Shown here: in pieces, positions 1-10,212 of the stretch
Numbering within the stretch: position 1 is the stretch's first letter
How the letters are laid out: the number at the start of each line of letters is the position of its first letter
DNA from: Bacteroidales bacterium
GTDB taxonomy: Bacteria; Bacteroidota; Bacteroidia; Bacteroidales; VadinHA17
Length of the DNA: 64,000 nucleotides
Reading direction: 5' to 3'
Assembly (NCBI GenBank): GCA_046329885.1
Contig: JAXLTU010000002.1
Span: forward strand, 144,520-208,519
Notes under the pieces: generated by a model
What the model saw: the letters and a program-made list of their open reading frames with translations, nothing else
What the model was told of the DNA's origin: nothing
Databases searched by the model: none
Program-made: the position numbers and the translations under genes

Positions 1-1
1 T

Positions 2-1372
2 CCTACCAGCAGGGCAACGACAGTTACTTATCAGTCCGGGGGAATGGAACATAAAACGAAGGTTCAATACATTGCAGGTTTATTCAAAGGATCGCTCCAG
101 ATACTCGACATACCCGCGAAGTCGATGATGGGAAGACTTTCGAAAGCAGTATACGATAATACCCCGTACTCGAAAGCAGGTGAACTCGAAGCGGAAGGAA
201 TGGATGGTAACCCGGTGCCAAGGAAAGTCGGCGATAAATCACCAGTTAAATACATCTTCTATATTATCAAAGAGAACAGGACTTACGACCAGGTGCTGGG
301 TGATATGCCGGAGGGAAATGGTGATCCAAACCTGTGTCTTTTTGGCGAAAACATCACGCCCAACCAGCACGCTATCGCCAGGGAGTTTGTTTTGCTGGAT
401 AATTTTTATGTTAACGGTGAAGTAAGCGCAGACGGGCATAACTGGACCATGGGAGCGTATGCGACAGACTACCTCGAAAAAAACTGGCCCACGAGCTACG
501 GTGGAAGAGGTGGAAGCTATCCGGGAGAAGGTGCCAGGGATATCGCCAACAACAAAGGGGGATTCCTCTGGGATAATTGTAAAAGAATGGGAGTCTCTTA
601 CAGATCTTACGGCGAGTTCGTGGAAGGAAGAAAACCGAATGTATCAGTTCTTAAAAATCATTTTTGCGGGAACTATATTGGCTGGGATCTTTCTATCCGC
701 GATACCGTCAGGTTCAGATGGTGGAAGGAAGACTTCGATTCGCTTCTCGCGATTAACTCCGTACCCGCTCTTAGTACAATAAGGTTCGGGAACGACCACA
801 CAGAAGGATTGAGCCTGAAAAAACCAACACCATTCGCCCACGTGGCGGATAACGATCTCGCTGTAGGCATGTTCGTCAATTACCTTAGTCATAGTCCAAT
901 CTGGAAAGAGTCGCTAGTAATAATTGTTGAAGATGATGCACAGAACGGGCCAGATCATGTCGACGCCCATCGATCAACGGCTTACATAGCGGGCGGATTC
1001 GTGAAAAAGGGATTTGTTGATCATACACCTTACACCACGGCTTCATTGCTAAGAACGATTGAGCTTATCCTGGGTCTTCCACCAATGAGCCAGTACGATG
1101 CTGCTGCCACACCCCTCTGGCGTTGCCTGGAGAAAGAACCTCTTCACCAACCTTTCGAGGTAAGGTCTTGCAACGTGAATCTCGACCTGAGGAACCTGGC
1201 GGAAAATGCCTGGCAGAGGAAAAGTGAACAGATGGATTTCACGAAGGAAGATATGGCTAATGACTCGGAATTTACCGAGATAATCTGGAAAGCTGTCAAA
1301 GGATTAGCCTCACCTTGCCCACCGGCTGTCAGGGCCGCCTTTTTCAACCAGACCGAACTAGAAAAAGATTGA
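2..1372 (+). CDS. Phosphoesterase-family protein (phospholipase C / AcpA acid-phosphatase-like); 5' end lies outside the window
   Basis: The frame is open from the window edge to the stop at 1370-1372. Motifs YIIKENRTYDQVLGD, NITPNQHAIAREFVLLDNFY and IVEDDAQNGPDHVDAHRS are typical of the PF04185-type phosphoesterase family. Confidence 0.8.
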   Translation, partial: PTSRATTVTYQSGGMEHKTKVQYIAGLFKGSLQILDIPAKSMMGRLSKAVYDNTPYSKAGELEAEGMDGNPVPRKVGDKSPVKYIFYIIKENRTYDQVLGDMPEGNGDPNLCLFGENITPNQHAIAREFVLLDNFYVNGEVSADGHNWTMGAYATDYLEKNWPTSYGGRGGSYPGEGARDIANNKGGFLWDNCKRMGVSYRSYGEFVEGRKPNVSVLKNHFCGNYIGWDLSIRDTVRFRWWKEDFDSLLAINSVPALSTIRFGNDHTEGLSLKKPTPFAHVADNDLAVGMFVNYLSHSPIWKESLVIIVEDDAQNGPDHVDAHRSTAYIAGGFVKKGFVDHTPYTTASLLRTIELILGLPPMSQYDAAATPLWRCLEKEPLHQPFEVRSCNVNLDLRNLAENAWQRKSEQMDFTKEDMANDSEFTEIIWKAVKGLASPCPPAVRAAFFNQTELEKD

Positions 1373-1378
1373 TTGCAC

Positions 1379-2077
1379 ATGCCAGGAAATCTAAAATACA
1401 TTTTGATTCTTAACGTTCTCATCGTTATTTCATTAACTGCCAGCTCACAGGCAATAGACACTGTTTATTTCGATAAAAACTGGAAGACTGCCAACAGTGA
1501 TAAATTCGAGTATATCAGGGTTTATCGCCTGTTCAGGGGCTTATATTCCGTATCTGACTACTACAAAACAGGGGAATACATGATGTCAGGTGTTTTCAGA
1601 TCTCCCGGCTTTATGAACCCGACAGGCCAGTTTGTTTACTATACCAGGGATGGCGTGATCTCGCGAGTCATTATTCATGAACCTGAAAAGTATCCTTCTC
1701 TAACAGAGAATATCACGAACTACCTTACCCTGCTTCAACCTGCCCCGGATTCATCATATATTGAAGCAGTCTTCAATAAAAAAGGAATGATGCTTTCTGT
1801 ATCATATAAGAACGAGAAGCATAAACAGGCCAAAACCCTTTACCTTTTTCCTGACAAGTCCCCATCGCTGATAGTTTTCTACAGCGATGGCCTCTTGAAT
1901 GGGATCTACAAGAAATTCTCATGGAACAATGTATTGAAAACCGGCATGTATGTTAATGGTAAGAGGGATGGCATCTGGTATTTTTATGATTCCGAAGGGT
2001 ATCTAATGAGAAAGCTGATCTATGTTAATGGAATACTTATAGGGAAGATAAAACGCAATTCCGGTTCAGGAGTCTGA
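1379..2077 (+). CDS. Secreted MORN-variant repeat protein (YwqK-like)
   Basis: The ATG at 1379 follows a TTG that the ORF track used. It has an N-terminal signal peptide (ILILNVLIVISLTASSQA). The C-terminal repeats GLLNGIYKKF / GKRDGIWYFYDSEGYL / YVNGILIG resemble MORN-variant repeats. Confidence 0.5.
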   Translation: MPGNLKYILILNVLIVISLTASSQAIDTVYFDKNWKTANSDKFEYIRVYRLFRGLYSVSDYYKTGEYMMSGVFRSPGFMNPTGQFVYYTRDGVISRVIIHEPEKYPSLTENITNYLTLLQPAPDSSYIEAVFNKKGMMLSVSYKNEKHKQAKTLYLFPDKSPSLIVFYSDGLLNGIYKKFSWNNVLKTGMYVNGKRDGIWYFYDSEGYLMRKLIYVNGILIGKIKRNSGSGV

Positions 2078-2220
2078 TGATTTTCCAGGTACTTCCTAAC
2101 GTTTTCCTGAAGCTCCAGCAAAAGCAAAACTAACCTGTCTCGCGGTGGTATTTTTTCAACATGTCTGACTTTTTAAACATAATGGTCAGTTTGTTTGTTA
2201 TATTCGCGGCCATCTGAATC

Positions 2221-2844
2221 ATGAAAAGTATCAAACCTGAAAAAAAGGATCTTGGCAGGGCGGGACTGATAATCGTTACCGCTCAGAAACGGTTTGGCAT
2301 TTATGGACTCGAGAAGACCTCGATGCGAGAGATTGCCCAGGACCTGGGTATATCCAAGGCATCTTTGTACTATTATTTCCCCGACAAGGAGAGTCTCTAC
2401 AAGGCTGTACTCGAAAAAGAACAGGCGGAATTCATCAGGAACATCACAGTCAAGGCAAGCGAAATAGACGATCCGGAACTGCTCTTAAGGGAATATGTTC
2501 TTACACGGCTTGGCTATTTCAGAACGCTTGTTAACCTGAGCAGGATGAGGCTGGAGTCATTTTCTGACATCAAACCACTGCTCAGGAGTTCGATGCAGGA
2601 GTTCAGGGAAAGGGAAAAAACAATAATAAAGACTGTCTTTGAAAAGGGAGTCCATAGCAGGGTCTTTAATGAAATGGATGTTGAAGACACGGCAGGCTTA
2701 TTTCTCGATTTACTCAAGGGATTGAGATCTACTGTTGTAAATGACAAGTCTATAATTGCAATTGATCAGGAAGAATTTGAGAAGCTGGCAAACAAGACCC
2801 TGGCATTCACTAAAATATTCACTGATGGTCTTAAACGTAAATAG
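2221..2844 (+). CDS. TetR/AcrR family transcriptional regulator
   Basis: N-terminal HTH REIAQDLGISKASLYYYFPDKESLY. It sits immediately upstream of the efflux genes. Confidence 0.9.
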   Translation: MKSIKPEKKDLGRAGLIIVTAQKRFGIYGLEKTSMREIAQDLGISKASLYYYFPDKESLYKAVLEKEQAEFIRNITVKASEIDDPELLLREYVLTRLGYFRTLVNLSRMRLESFSDIKPLLRSSMQEFREREKTIIKTVFEKGVHSRVFNEMDVEDTAGLFLDLLKGLRSTVVNDKSIIAIDQEEFEKLANKTLAFTKIFTDGLKRK

Positions 2845-2877
2845 AAACACAATTTTAAAATAAACCTTATACATCTT

Positions 2878-3888
2878 ATGAAACAGGAGTCGGGCAAAAA
2901 CAAACTGAGGGTATACATACCATTGGCAATAGTCATAATTGCAGTAATCGTGGGTGCCTGGTACTGGTACAAGGATTACTCATCGTATATAACAACTGAT
3001 GATGCGCATGTTGATGCCGGGACTGTAGGGATTACTTCAAAGATACTTGGCAGGATAGTGGCTGTCCATGCTGATGAAGGAACAGCTGTGACGAGAGGTA
3101 CCCTGCTGGCCGAGCTTGACAGCACCGACCTTCTTGCCCAGAAAAGTCAGGCGCTGGCCCTCAGGGCTCAAGCTGAAGCAAACCAGTCGCAGGCCCAGGT
3201 TAAGTATAATTCTGATGAGAAGAGCATAAGGGTTCTGGAAATTAACCTGGAGAGAGCCACCGAGGATTTCGCAAGGGCAAAGAACCAGTCAGCCGGTGGG
3301 GTAATTAGTGCTGAACAGTTTGATCATGCAGGCAAGGCGTATGAAACTGCAGTGGCACAGCTTGATGCGGCCCGGGCTCAGCTCAAAGTATCAAGGTCAA
3401 TGATCTCTTCTTCAGCCGCGGCAGTAGAGACCGCTTCCGCCCAGGTGAAGGTTTTGGAAACACAAATCAGAAACGCGAGGTTATTCGCGCCGGCTGATGG
3501 GATGATTGCCAGGAGATGGCTTAACCCGGGTGACGTGGTTCAGCCTGGCCAGTCAATATTGACTCTCATAAATAACAAGGATCTTTGCATAGAAGCGTAT
3601 CTCGAGGAAACGAAAGTCTCAGAGATCTTTTCGGGTCAGCAGGTAAAATTTTCTATTGATGCATTCCCAGGAGTTACATTCAGGGGCAAGGTAATATTGA
3701 TCGGTTCAAGTACAGCCTCGGTATTTTCGCTGATTCCTGCCAGTAACGCCTCGGGTAACTTTACAAAAGTGACACAGAGGATACCTGTAAAGATATCCAT
3801 CGAATCGGCAGGCGAGAAAGGTGAACTTTCAGGTTTCAATATTCTTTCCGGGATGTCAGCGGTCGTTAAAATCATCCGCGGCAGGTAA
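2878..3888 (+). CDS. HlyD-family membrane fusion protein (EmrA-like)
   Basis: Single N-terminal TM helix, a long Ala/Gln coiled coil, and a C-terminal beta-barrel segment (FPGVTFRGKV...NFTKVTQRIPVKI). Its stop overlaps the next start (TAATG). Confidence 0.9.
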   Translation: MKQESGKNKLRVYIPLAIVIIAVIVGAWYWYKDYSSYITTDDAHVDAGTVGITSKILGRIVAVHADEGTAVTRGTLLAELDSTDLLAQKSQALALRAQAEANQSQAQVKYNSDEKSIRVLEINLERATEDFARAKNQSAGGVISAEQFDHAGKAYETAVAQLDAARAQLKVSRSMISSSAAAVETASAQVKVLETQIRNARLFAPADGMIARRWLNPGDVVQPGQSILTLINNKDLCIEAYLEETKVSEIFSGQQVKFSIDAFPGVTFRGKVILIGSSTASVFSLIPASNASGNFTKVTQRIPVKISIESAGEKGELSGFNILSGMSAVVKIIRGR

Positions 3889-5519
3889 TGAATAACAGGA
3901 GAACACCGACGCACCGTATCAGGAAACTGGCCAGGAAGACTACCCCGGGGTTTCATCCCAGGAGTATAAACTACAAATGGTTCCTCCTGGCTAATGTCAT
4001 GCTCGGCACCTTCATGGCTGTTCTCGATGCCACTATAGTCAACGTGGGTCTGCCAAAGATAATGTCCTCTTTCGGGGTTGGGCTTGACAAAATCGAGTGG
4101 GTCATCACGGCCTACATGCTAGCCATGGCTGTAATGCTTCCTACCTCGGGATGGCTGGCAGATAAATACGGGTACAAGAAGATATATTTTTTCGGACTGT
4201 TCCTTTTCACCTTCGGGTCAATGCTTTGCGGGTTGTCTTCAAACGAGGATATGCTCATCATCTCCAGGATAATCCAGGGCCTTGGGGCAGGGACTATACA
4301 GCCACTTGGGATGGCGATAATAACGAGGGAATTTCCACCGAGCCAGAGAGGTGTTGCACTTGGATTCTGGGCTATATCAGCCGCGGCATCCGTTTCGTTT
4401 GGCCCGCTTATCGGTGGTTACCTCATCGACAGGTTCAGCTGGCCGCTGATATTTGACGTGAACATACCATTCGGTATCCTCGCGATGCTGTTTACCATAG
4501 TAATTCAGAGCGAGTACAAAAGCAGGAGAAAGCGCGATTTTGATCTCGTGGGTTTCATTTCCGTCACGATTTTCCTCCCGCTTACTCTTTATGTACTTTC
4601 GGAAGGGAACTCGGCAACGAATACAGCAGGATGGCACGCCCCTTATCTGCTTGCTTTCGGCGCTATTGCCCTGATTGCATTTGTAGTATTCATAACGAAC
4701 GAACTCATTGTCAAGGACCCGCTTCTTGATCTGAGATTGCTCAGGAATCATAACTTCGGGATGGCAAACCTGATAATGATTATTTTCAGTATCGGGATGT
4801 TCGGAAGCACCTTCCTGATGCCTGTCTACCTTCAGAATTCGCTTGGCTACTCGGCGCTTCAGGCTGGTTCCGTCTTTCTCCCTGTCGGAATAATACAGGG
4901 CATCATCGCCCCAATTTCAGGGCGGGTTGCTGACAAGATAAATCCCAAGATACCCATAATACTCGGTGTGCTGATTCTTGGTTTTAGTTTCTACCTGAAC
5001 TCGAAACTATCCTATCTCACCGAGATGCGCGAGATAATGATTTCCCTATACCTGAGGGGACTGGGCATGGGACTCATGTTTACAGCTCTGAGCACTATTT
5101 CACTTATCGAAATTCCACGCGAGAAGATGGCCCAGGCCTCAGCCATTTCAAATTCAATAAGGCAGCTTGGAGGCAGTCTTGGAGTTGCTCTCCTGGCCAC
5201 CCTGCTGACATCAAGAGTGCTAATGCATAGTCAGAATTTTGGAGAGGCGATAGATTCAAACTCCCAGGTCTTTCACAATACGGTTAACAACCTCAGGCTT
5301 CACGCCCAAACTGTTGCCGGCTCTTCTCCCGCCGATGCCGTGAAACAGAGCCAGGCCCTGCTCTACAGTAATCTCGGGAAGCAATCGTATATCGAGGGGA
5401 TAAATGATGATTTCCTGCTCGCCTGCCTGATCACTCTGGCCGGGGGGTTGCCAATACTGTTCCTTCACACTAAAAAACACAAAACCCAAAAACAAGTAAC
5501 AAATGAACCGGAACTTTAA
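3888..5519 (+). CDS. MFS transporter, DHA2 (EmrB/QacA-like, 14-TMS) efflux permease
   Basis: Motifs LGTFMAVLDATIVNVGLPKI and GWLADKYGYKK. It has many hydrophobic segments and a length of 543 aa. Confidence 0.9.
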   Translation: MNNRRTPTHRIRKLARKTTPGFHPRSINYKWFLLANVMLGTFMAVLDATIVNVGLPKIMSSFGVGLDKIEWVITAYMLAMAVMLPTSGWLADKYGYKKIYFFGLFLFTFGSMLCGLSSNEDMLIISRIIQGLGAGTIQPLGMAIITREFPPSQRGVALGFWAISAAASVSFGPLIGGYLIDRFSWPLIFDVNIPFGILAMLFTIVIQSEYKSRRKRDFDLVGFISVTIFLPLTLYVLSEGNSATNTAGWHAPYLLAFGAIALIAFVVFITNELIVKDPLLDLRLLRNHNFGMANLIMIIFSIGMFGSTFLMPVYLQNSLGYSALQAGSVFLPVGIIQGIIAPISGRVADKINPKIPIILGVLILGFSFYLNSKLSYLTEMREIMISLYLRGLGMGLMFTALSTISLIEIPREKMAQASAISNSIRQLGGSLGVALLATLLTSRVLMHSQNFGEAIDSNSQVFHNTVNNLRLHAQTVAGSSPADAVKQSQALLYSNLGKQSYIEGINDDFLLACLITLAGGLPILFLHTKKHKTQKQVTNEPEL

Positions 5520-6816
5520 AATATTACTCCCTGCTGCTATTTTAATGGCAGTGTCACTTGTTGCATCGAGTCAGTCACCCACACCTGATTCACTATCAAT
5601 AAAAGAGATCGTAACAACGATAGTCGCGAATCACCCGACGGTTAAAATTGCAAGGGAAGCCATTATAAATGCAGACGCCAGGATAGGTCTGGCCAGGACA
5701 GCATATTATCCTGAAGCTGACATGACGGCAAGTTATTCAAACATGGGTCCGGTGATAAAACTTACAATCCCTGACATGGGGACTTTTCAGCTCTTCCCGG
5801 AGAATAATTACGCGGCCTCGTTAAACTACAGGCAGATACTTTACGATTTTGGCAAGACAAGACAGAATATCGAAATGGAGACGGGCGGGAAACAGCTAGG
5901 CGAACAAGCACTTGAACAGGTCAAACAGAAACTTTCATTATACGCGGTTAACACCTGCTACACGATTTTATTCCTACAGGCAGCAATTAAGATCAAGGAT
6001 GAACAACTCGCAACTCTCAACGAACACCTGAGGCACGTCGAAATGATGATGTCAACCGGTTCCGCCACGGAATACCAGGTCCTGTCGACAAGGGTTAAGA
6101 TATCTGGTGTTGAAAGTCAGAAAGTTGACCTCCAGGCAGGACTGACAGCACAACAGGCGGCACTAAACTCATTGCTTGGAAACGGGACGTCACGTCCCCC
6201 GGCAATCAGGCAGGACATATCGGCAAACAAACCATTGGTTGCCACCGATTCACTTCTCTCTTATGCTCTTGACAACCGCGATGAGATGAAAATGAACAGG
6301 CAGAGAGCCACCCTGGCAAGCATGAGGTATGAACTCGTCAGGTTAAGCAATAAACCCATTATCAGTCTTCAGGCATCAGCAGGCGGGAAGAATGGATACG
6401 TACCCGAACTTGGTAAGATCAGGCCTAATTACGTTGTTGGTCTGGGTTTGAGAGTCCCCATTTACGATGGGTTGAGAACAAAGTATAACCTCGCCCAGGT
6501 TAAGTCGTCAATCAATACCATTTCAGAGGAAACTGAATCGACAAGAAGGGCTATCACTAATGAATTAATAGAAGCAGAAGCCTATCTCGAGGCAGCAGGT
6601 AAAAAGGTCAGCCAGTTCGAGCTCCAGCTTGCCCAGGCTACTAAAGCTAATGAACTGGCTAAAATAAGTTTCGCATCTGGCATAATCACGAATCTCGATC
6701 TTCTTGATTCGAACACTGCATTATCGGAGAGCAGGTTGCTTCTGCTGAAAGCCAGGATTGATTATGCCGCGAGCATCTACAAGCTCGAAGCGGCTATGGG
6801 AAAAAGGATTTATTAA
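5503..6816 (+). CDS. TolC-family outer membrane efflux protein
   Basis: Signal peptide, two-repeat coiled-coil/beta architecture, and a 17-nt overlap with the MFS gene. Confidence 0.85.
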   Translation: MNRNFKILLPAAILMAVSLVASSQSPTPDSLSIKEIVTTIVANHPTVKIAREAIINADARIGLARTAYYPEADMTASYSNMGPVIKLTIPDMGTFQLFPENNYAASLNYRQILYDFGKTRQNIEMETGGKQLGEQALEQVKQKLSLYAVNTCYTILFLQAAIKIKDEQLATLNEHLRHVEMMMSTGSATEYQVLSTRVKISGVESQKVDLQAGLTAQQAALNSLLGNGTSRPPAIRQDISANKPLVATDSLLSYALDNRDEMKMNRQRATLASMRYELVRLSNKPIISLQASAGGKNGYVPELGKIRPNYVVGLGLRVPIYDGLRTKYNLAQVKSSINTISEETESTRRAITNELIEAEAYLEAAGKKVSQFELQLAQATKANELAKISFASGIITNLDLLDSNTALSESRLLLLKARIDYAASIYKLEAAMGKRIY

Positions 6817-7002
6817 AACTACTGCAGAGTTTAGATGAGATCAGGTGAAAGAGGGGTGCTTTCCGACAGATTCCTTTTACATAATTATATGATTCTCTTG
6901 ACTTTTATAATTTTCTTTAATAAATTTGATCTTTAGAATAGAAATATTTAGTCTGCAATACTAATTTTTATTCAGGAATTACATTTTCTAAACTTCGTCG
7001 CT

Positions 7003-7215
7003 ATGTCTACACAAAATGGTGGTGTAAAGACAAAGCAACAGATGGCTGACGAGTATGGGGTCTGCAGGAAGACTTTCAACAAGCTTCTTCAGAGGAAGAA
7101 CATCAAGCTTGACAAGGGACTTATTTACCCCAAGGAACAGATGCAGATCTACAGCGAGCTGGGTGAACCAGGGCATTTCAGGAAGTTCCCCGTAATTCCT
7201 AAAAATTCCCTTTAA
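7003..7215 (+). CDS. Small HTH-like protein (resembles DUF4248-type proteins)
   Basis: 70 aa. The tail YPKEQMQIYSELGEPG resembles the conserved F-T-P-x-Q-V...LGEP tail I recall for DUF4248. It is flanked by AT-rich spacers. Confidence 0.4.
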   Translation: MSTQNGGVKTKQQMADEYGVCRKTFNKLLQRKNIKLDKGLIYPKEQMQIYSELGEPGHFRKFPVIPKNSL

Positions 7216-7312
7216 TACCCGTTTTTTCGCGTTCTACTTCAGCTAAGCTGCTGAACTTTGTTGTAAGATAAGCAACCCCGCTTGACTTTCTTGCATTAAC
7301 ACTATACCATAA

Positions 7313-8428
7313 ATGACACAGAAAGAGGAAATAATTGAAAAGCTCCTTCACGATCCACTGAATTTCAGCAATAGTCTGCTTCAAAGGTTAATAAGCCTTG
7401 ACCTTACATTTGACGACCTGCGCGAGTGCATCAGGCGGATTTATGATCTTTCTGAAAGACAGTTACGTGAGACCTCGAATGCGAACATGGGGATGATGGG
7501 CAAATTAAACAGGTACAGCACCGGCAGGAGAATTAAAAAATTTAACAGGAAAACAAACCGCGTTAAAGAAAACGACGGTCGTGTAATCATCTATGCTGAA
7601 GGAGATTCATGGTTCCAGTTCCCGGTGTTTATAACAGATATAATTGACTGGATTAACAAGGTAGACAAGTATCACATTTACAGTGAGGCATACGGGGGCG
7701 ACTGGATAACAAATATAATATATGAAAGCCAGTACGTGTCTTCATTATCAGTTTATAAACCTGCATATTTTCTTATCAGCGGGGGTGGCAATGACCTGGT
7801 TGGCAACAATCGTCTTGCAATAATGATAAGCAAGACACCTGTTCAGCCAAAATACGATTCAGCCAATCCCCTTGATGACGCCTCGCTCACTGCTGAACAG
7901 GTGAGCATGATAATGATGGCCCAGGAACATATCACGAAAGAGTTTTATTCATTCATCTGGGCAATCAAGGCACAGTATCTCCTCATGTTCAGCAGGATCT
8001 ACAGGACTGGCAGCACCCAGAAAGACATAATCTGTATCACCCAGGGATATGATTACGCGATACCCGGACTGCATCAGACGAATTTTCTTTTTCATCCCGT
8101 TCAGGTAATTATAAACAAAGCTCTCGATAATGGTTGCTGGCTGAAAAGGCCCATGCTCATCAGGGGCATAACTGACCCGATACTGCAGAGGGCGATAGTA
8201 ATGACCCTCATCTACGAGTTCAACAACATGTTCATAGATCTGGCATTGAATTTCGGATTTGACAGGATCTATCATGTCGATTGCCGCGGACTGGCGACAA
8301 AACCATCGGACTGGTATGACGAATTGCATTACAGGAGCAGTAATTACAAGAAAGTGGCGAATGCTTACAGGATCATCATTGATTCAGGAGGAAAATGCCC
8401 GAGGATAATCAGGGTTTCTGAAATTTAG
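7313..8428 (+). CDS. SGNH/GDSL-type hydrolase with a ~90-aa helical N-terminal extension; no signal peptide
   Basis: Block I is IIYAEGDSWF, block III is ISGGGNDLVGN, and block V is DWYDELHY (DxxH). Confidence 0.7.
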   Translation: MTQKEEIIEKLLHDPLNFSNSLLQRLISLDLTFDDLRECIRRIYDLSERQLRETSNANMGMMGKLNRYSTGRRIKKFNRKTNRVKENDGRVIIYAEGDSWFQFPVFITDIIDWINKVDKYHIYSEAYGGDWITNIIYESQYVSSLSVYKPAYFLISGGGNDLVGNNRLAIMISKTPVQPKYDSANPLDDASLTAEQVSMIMMAQEHITKEFYSFIWAIKAQYLLMFSRIYRTGSTQKDIICITQGYDYAIPGLHQTNFLFHPVQVIINKALDNGCWLKRPMLIRGITDPILQRAIVMTLIYEFNNMFIDLALNFGFDRIYHVDCRGLATKPSDWYDELHYRSSNYKKVANAYRIIIDSGGKCPRIIRVSEI

Positions 8429-8705
8429 CTTCAGTTTTTTAATAAATAATTAAAATTAAAGACATGTTTTATCTGGTAATTAAGATTATGAATCTGGAAA
8501 GATGTATTGCCAAATCTGACAAAAACATTTTCAAAGACAATGATAAATTCAATTGTAACCAATCATTAGCATTCAATAAGACGCGATTAGTCTGTCGATT
8601 GAAAATAAGATGCATAGAAAATCCGTCCAATTTAATTGACGCTATTGTTTATAGCGATTAATATACTGCTTTTCAAATAATCCCGGATCAATTCCAATCA
8701 AGACA

Positions 8706-10013
8706 ATGAAGAAGAAGATACTTTTCCTTTTATCAGTTACGATACTGGCATTATTTGCCGGTTGCTCCACTCTTGTTCGTTACAGGGTTTTGTACGGAAC
8801 TTCAAAAAATGACAACCTTGTTGATGTCAACGTATTCCGGTTCAGACTGTCTGATAATACATCTGAAAAACAGTCAAAAACACTTTGGGATTTAAACGCT
8901 GAAGCACAGGCGCAGCTTCTAAAAATATATAATTCCCGGTATCCGGGGAACAAGAGCTTTAATGAAGCCCTCGAGAGAAGATACCTTGAATCTGCTGACA
9001 ATCTGCCTCAGAATGATTTCACGAAGAGGGATCTCAGAATGGTATTTTCCATAAGCAAAAACAGGGGTGAATACAGGGACACGTCAGGTAAAACTGTAAG
9101 AACTACACCGGCCGACAGGATTGAATATCTGAAGGTTTCTATAAAAGCAAGTGATCCCCTGTTCAGGTTTACCGGATGGAACTTTTTCACGACCGAATAT
9201 GCCACAATAGATATCGCCAACATATCATCTTCAAGGTCATTCGATCTAACGGGAGAATTATCAGCATCTAAAACCGTCAAGGATGAGAGCGGAAAGAACA
9301 TAAGTCTAAGCCCAACAGTTTCTTCAGGGATGAAAGTGGACCAAACATTGAAGTACCGTTATCTGAAGCTAAACGGACAGCTTAATGACAGCACTATTTC
9401 AATCGAGGAAGAAGGCACTCGTGAAAATGACCTCACGGGAAATATAGTTGCAGATGTATCAATTGAATTTAACAAATTCCCTGTTATGCTCGCGACTGTA
9501 AAAGGATTAAGGGATAGCACGGGGAAACCGGCAAAGGCTGAAAATGTTGAAGCGGATTTCGATTATGTCTTGATTCCCGCGGTTAGCAGCATCAACGACA
9601 AGATTGAAGCTGAGCTAAGCATCGATTATGTTTACAGAAAAGTATTTGGCGGCAAAAAATCATACCCTGAATGGAACGATTGGGTCAGGTACTATACAGG
9701 ACACGTATCTAAGAAAATAACTATACTAAACGCCGCTGATTTTGTACCCGGGTTTTACGGGCTTGGGGTTAACCAGGGTGTTGACAAGTACTTCCTTTCT
9801 GCAAGTGACTCTAATCTCGAGGGAGTGCCCTTGTTTTTCAGAACTTACAAGGAAGCCCGTGATTTTCTGGATTGGTTCAGATCATCATTTGCCGGTGATT
9901 TAAAAAGGAAACCATTACGGGTGGGAAATTACGATCTTATTATTACAGGCAGGGACACCACGGGAGTATCCCGGTTCTGGGACAATATAAATATACTTTC
10001 CGTTTTCTGGTAG
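8706..10013 (+). CDS. Lipoprotein of unknown function
   Basis: Lipobox LALFAGCS after a typical signal peptide. It is a 435-aa ORF with normal composition and no motif I recognise. Confidence 0.6.
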   Translation: MKKKILFLLSVTILALFAGCSTLVRYRVLYGTSKNDNLVDVNVFRFRLSDNTSEKQSKTLWDLNAEAQAQLLKIYNSRYPGNKSFNEALERRYLESADNLPQNDFTKRDLRMVFSISKNRGEYRDTSGKTVRTTPADRIEYLKVSIKASDPLFRFTGWNFFTTEYATIDIANISSSRSFDLTGELSASKTVKDESGKNISLSPTVSSGMKVDQTLKYRYLKLNGQLNDSTISIEEEGTRENDLTGNIVADVSIEFNKFPVMLATVKGLRDSTGKPAKAENVEADFDYVLIPAVSSINDKIEAELSIDYVYRKVFGGKKSYPEWNDWVRYYTGHVSKKITILNAADFVPGFYGLGVNQGVDKYFLSASDSNLEGVPLFFRTYKEARDFLDWFRSSFAGDLKRKPLRVGNYDLIITGRDTTGVSRFWDNINILSVFW

Positions 10014-10212
10014 ATCAGGCTGCTTGCTAATTCCGGAAGTGTCGCGATTATTCCATTTTATTCCGCTTTTTGCCTCTAATTAACATGCCATTATCCCTGG
10101 CTATTAAGACCTTGCATCTTGTAATTCAAATTAGGGAAAGGGGGTGTAATCAGTTAGAAAAGCCTTAAGCATTACCGGAATATTAGTTTATTAATCATTA
10201 ACAATTAAATCA

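Noticed and set aside
8464-8661. A 65-aa ORF in the AT-rich spacer before the lipoprotein gene.
   Set aside because: It has very AT-rich, Asn/Lys/Ile-biased composition, no motif and no convincing start context. The support is insufficient.
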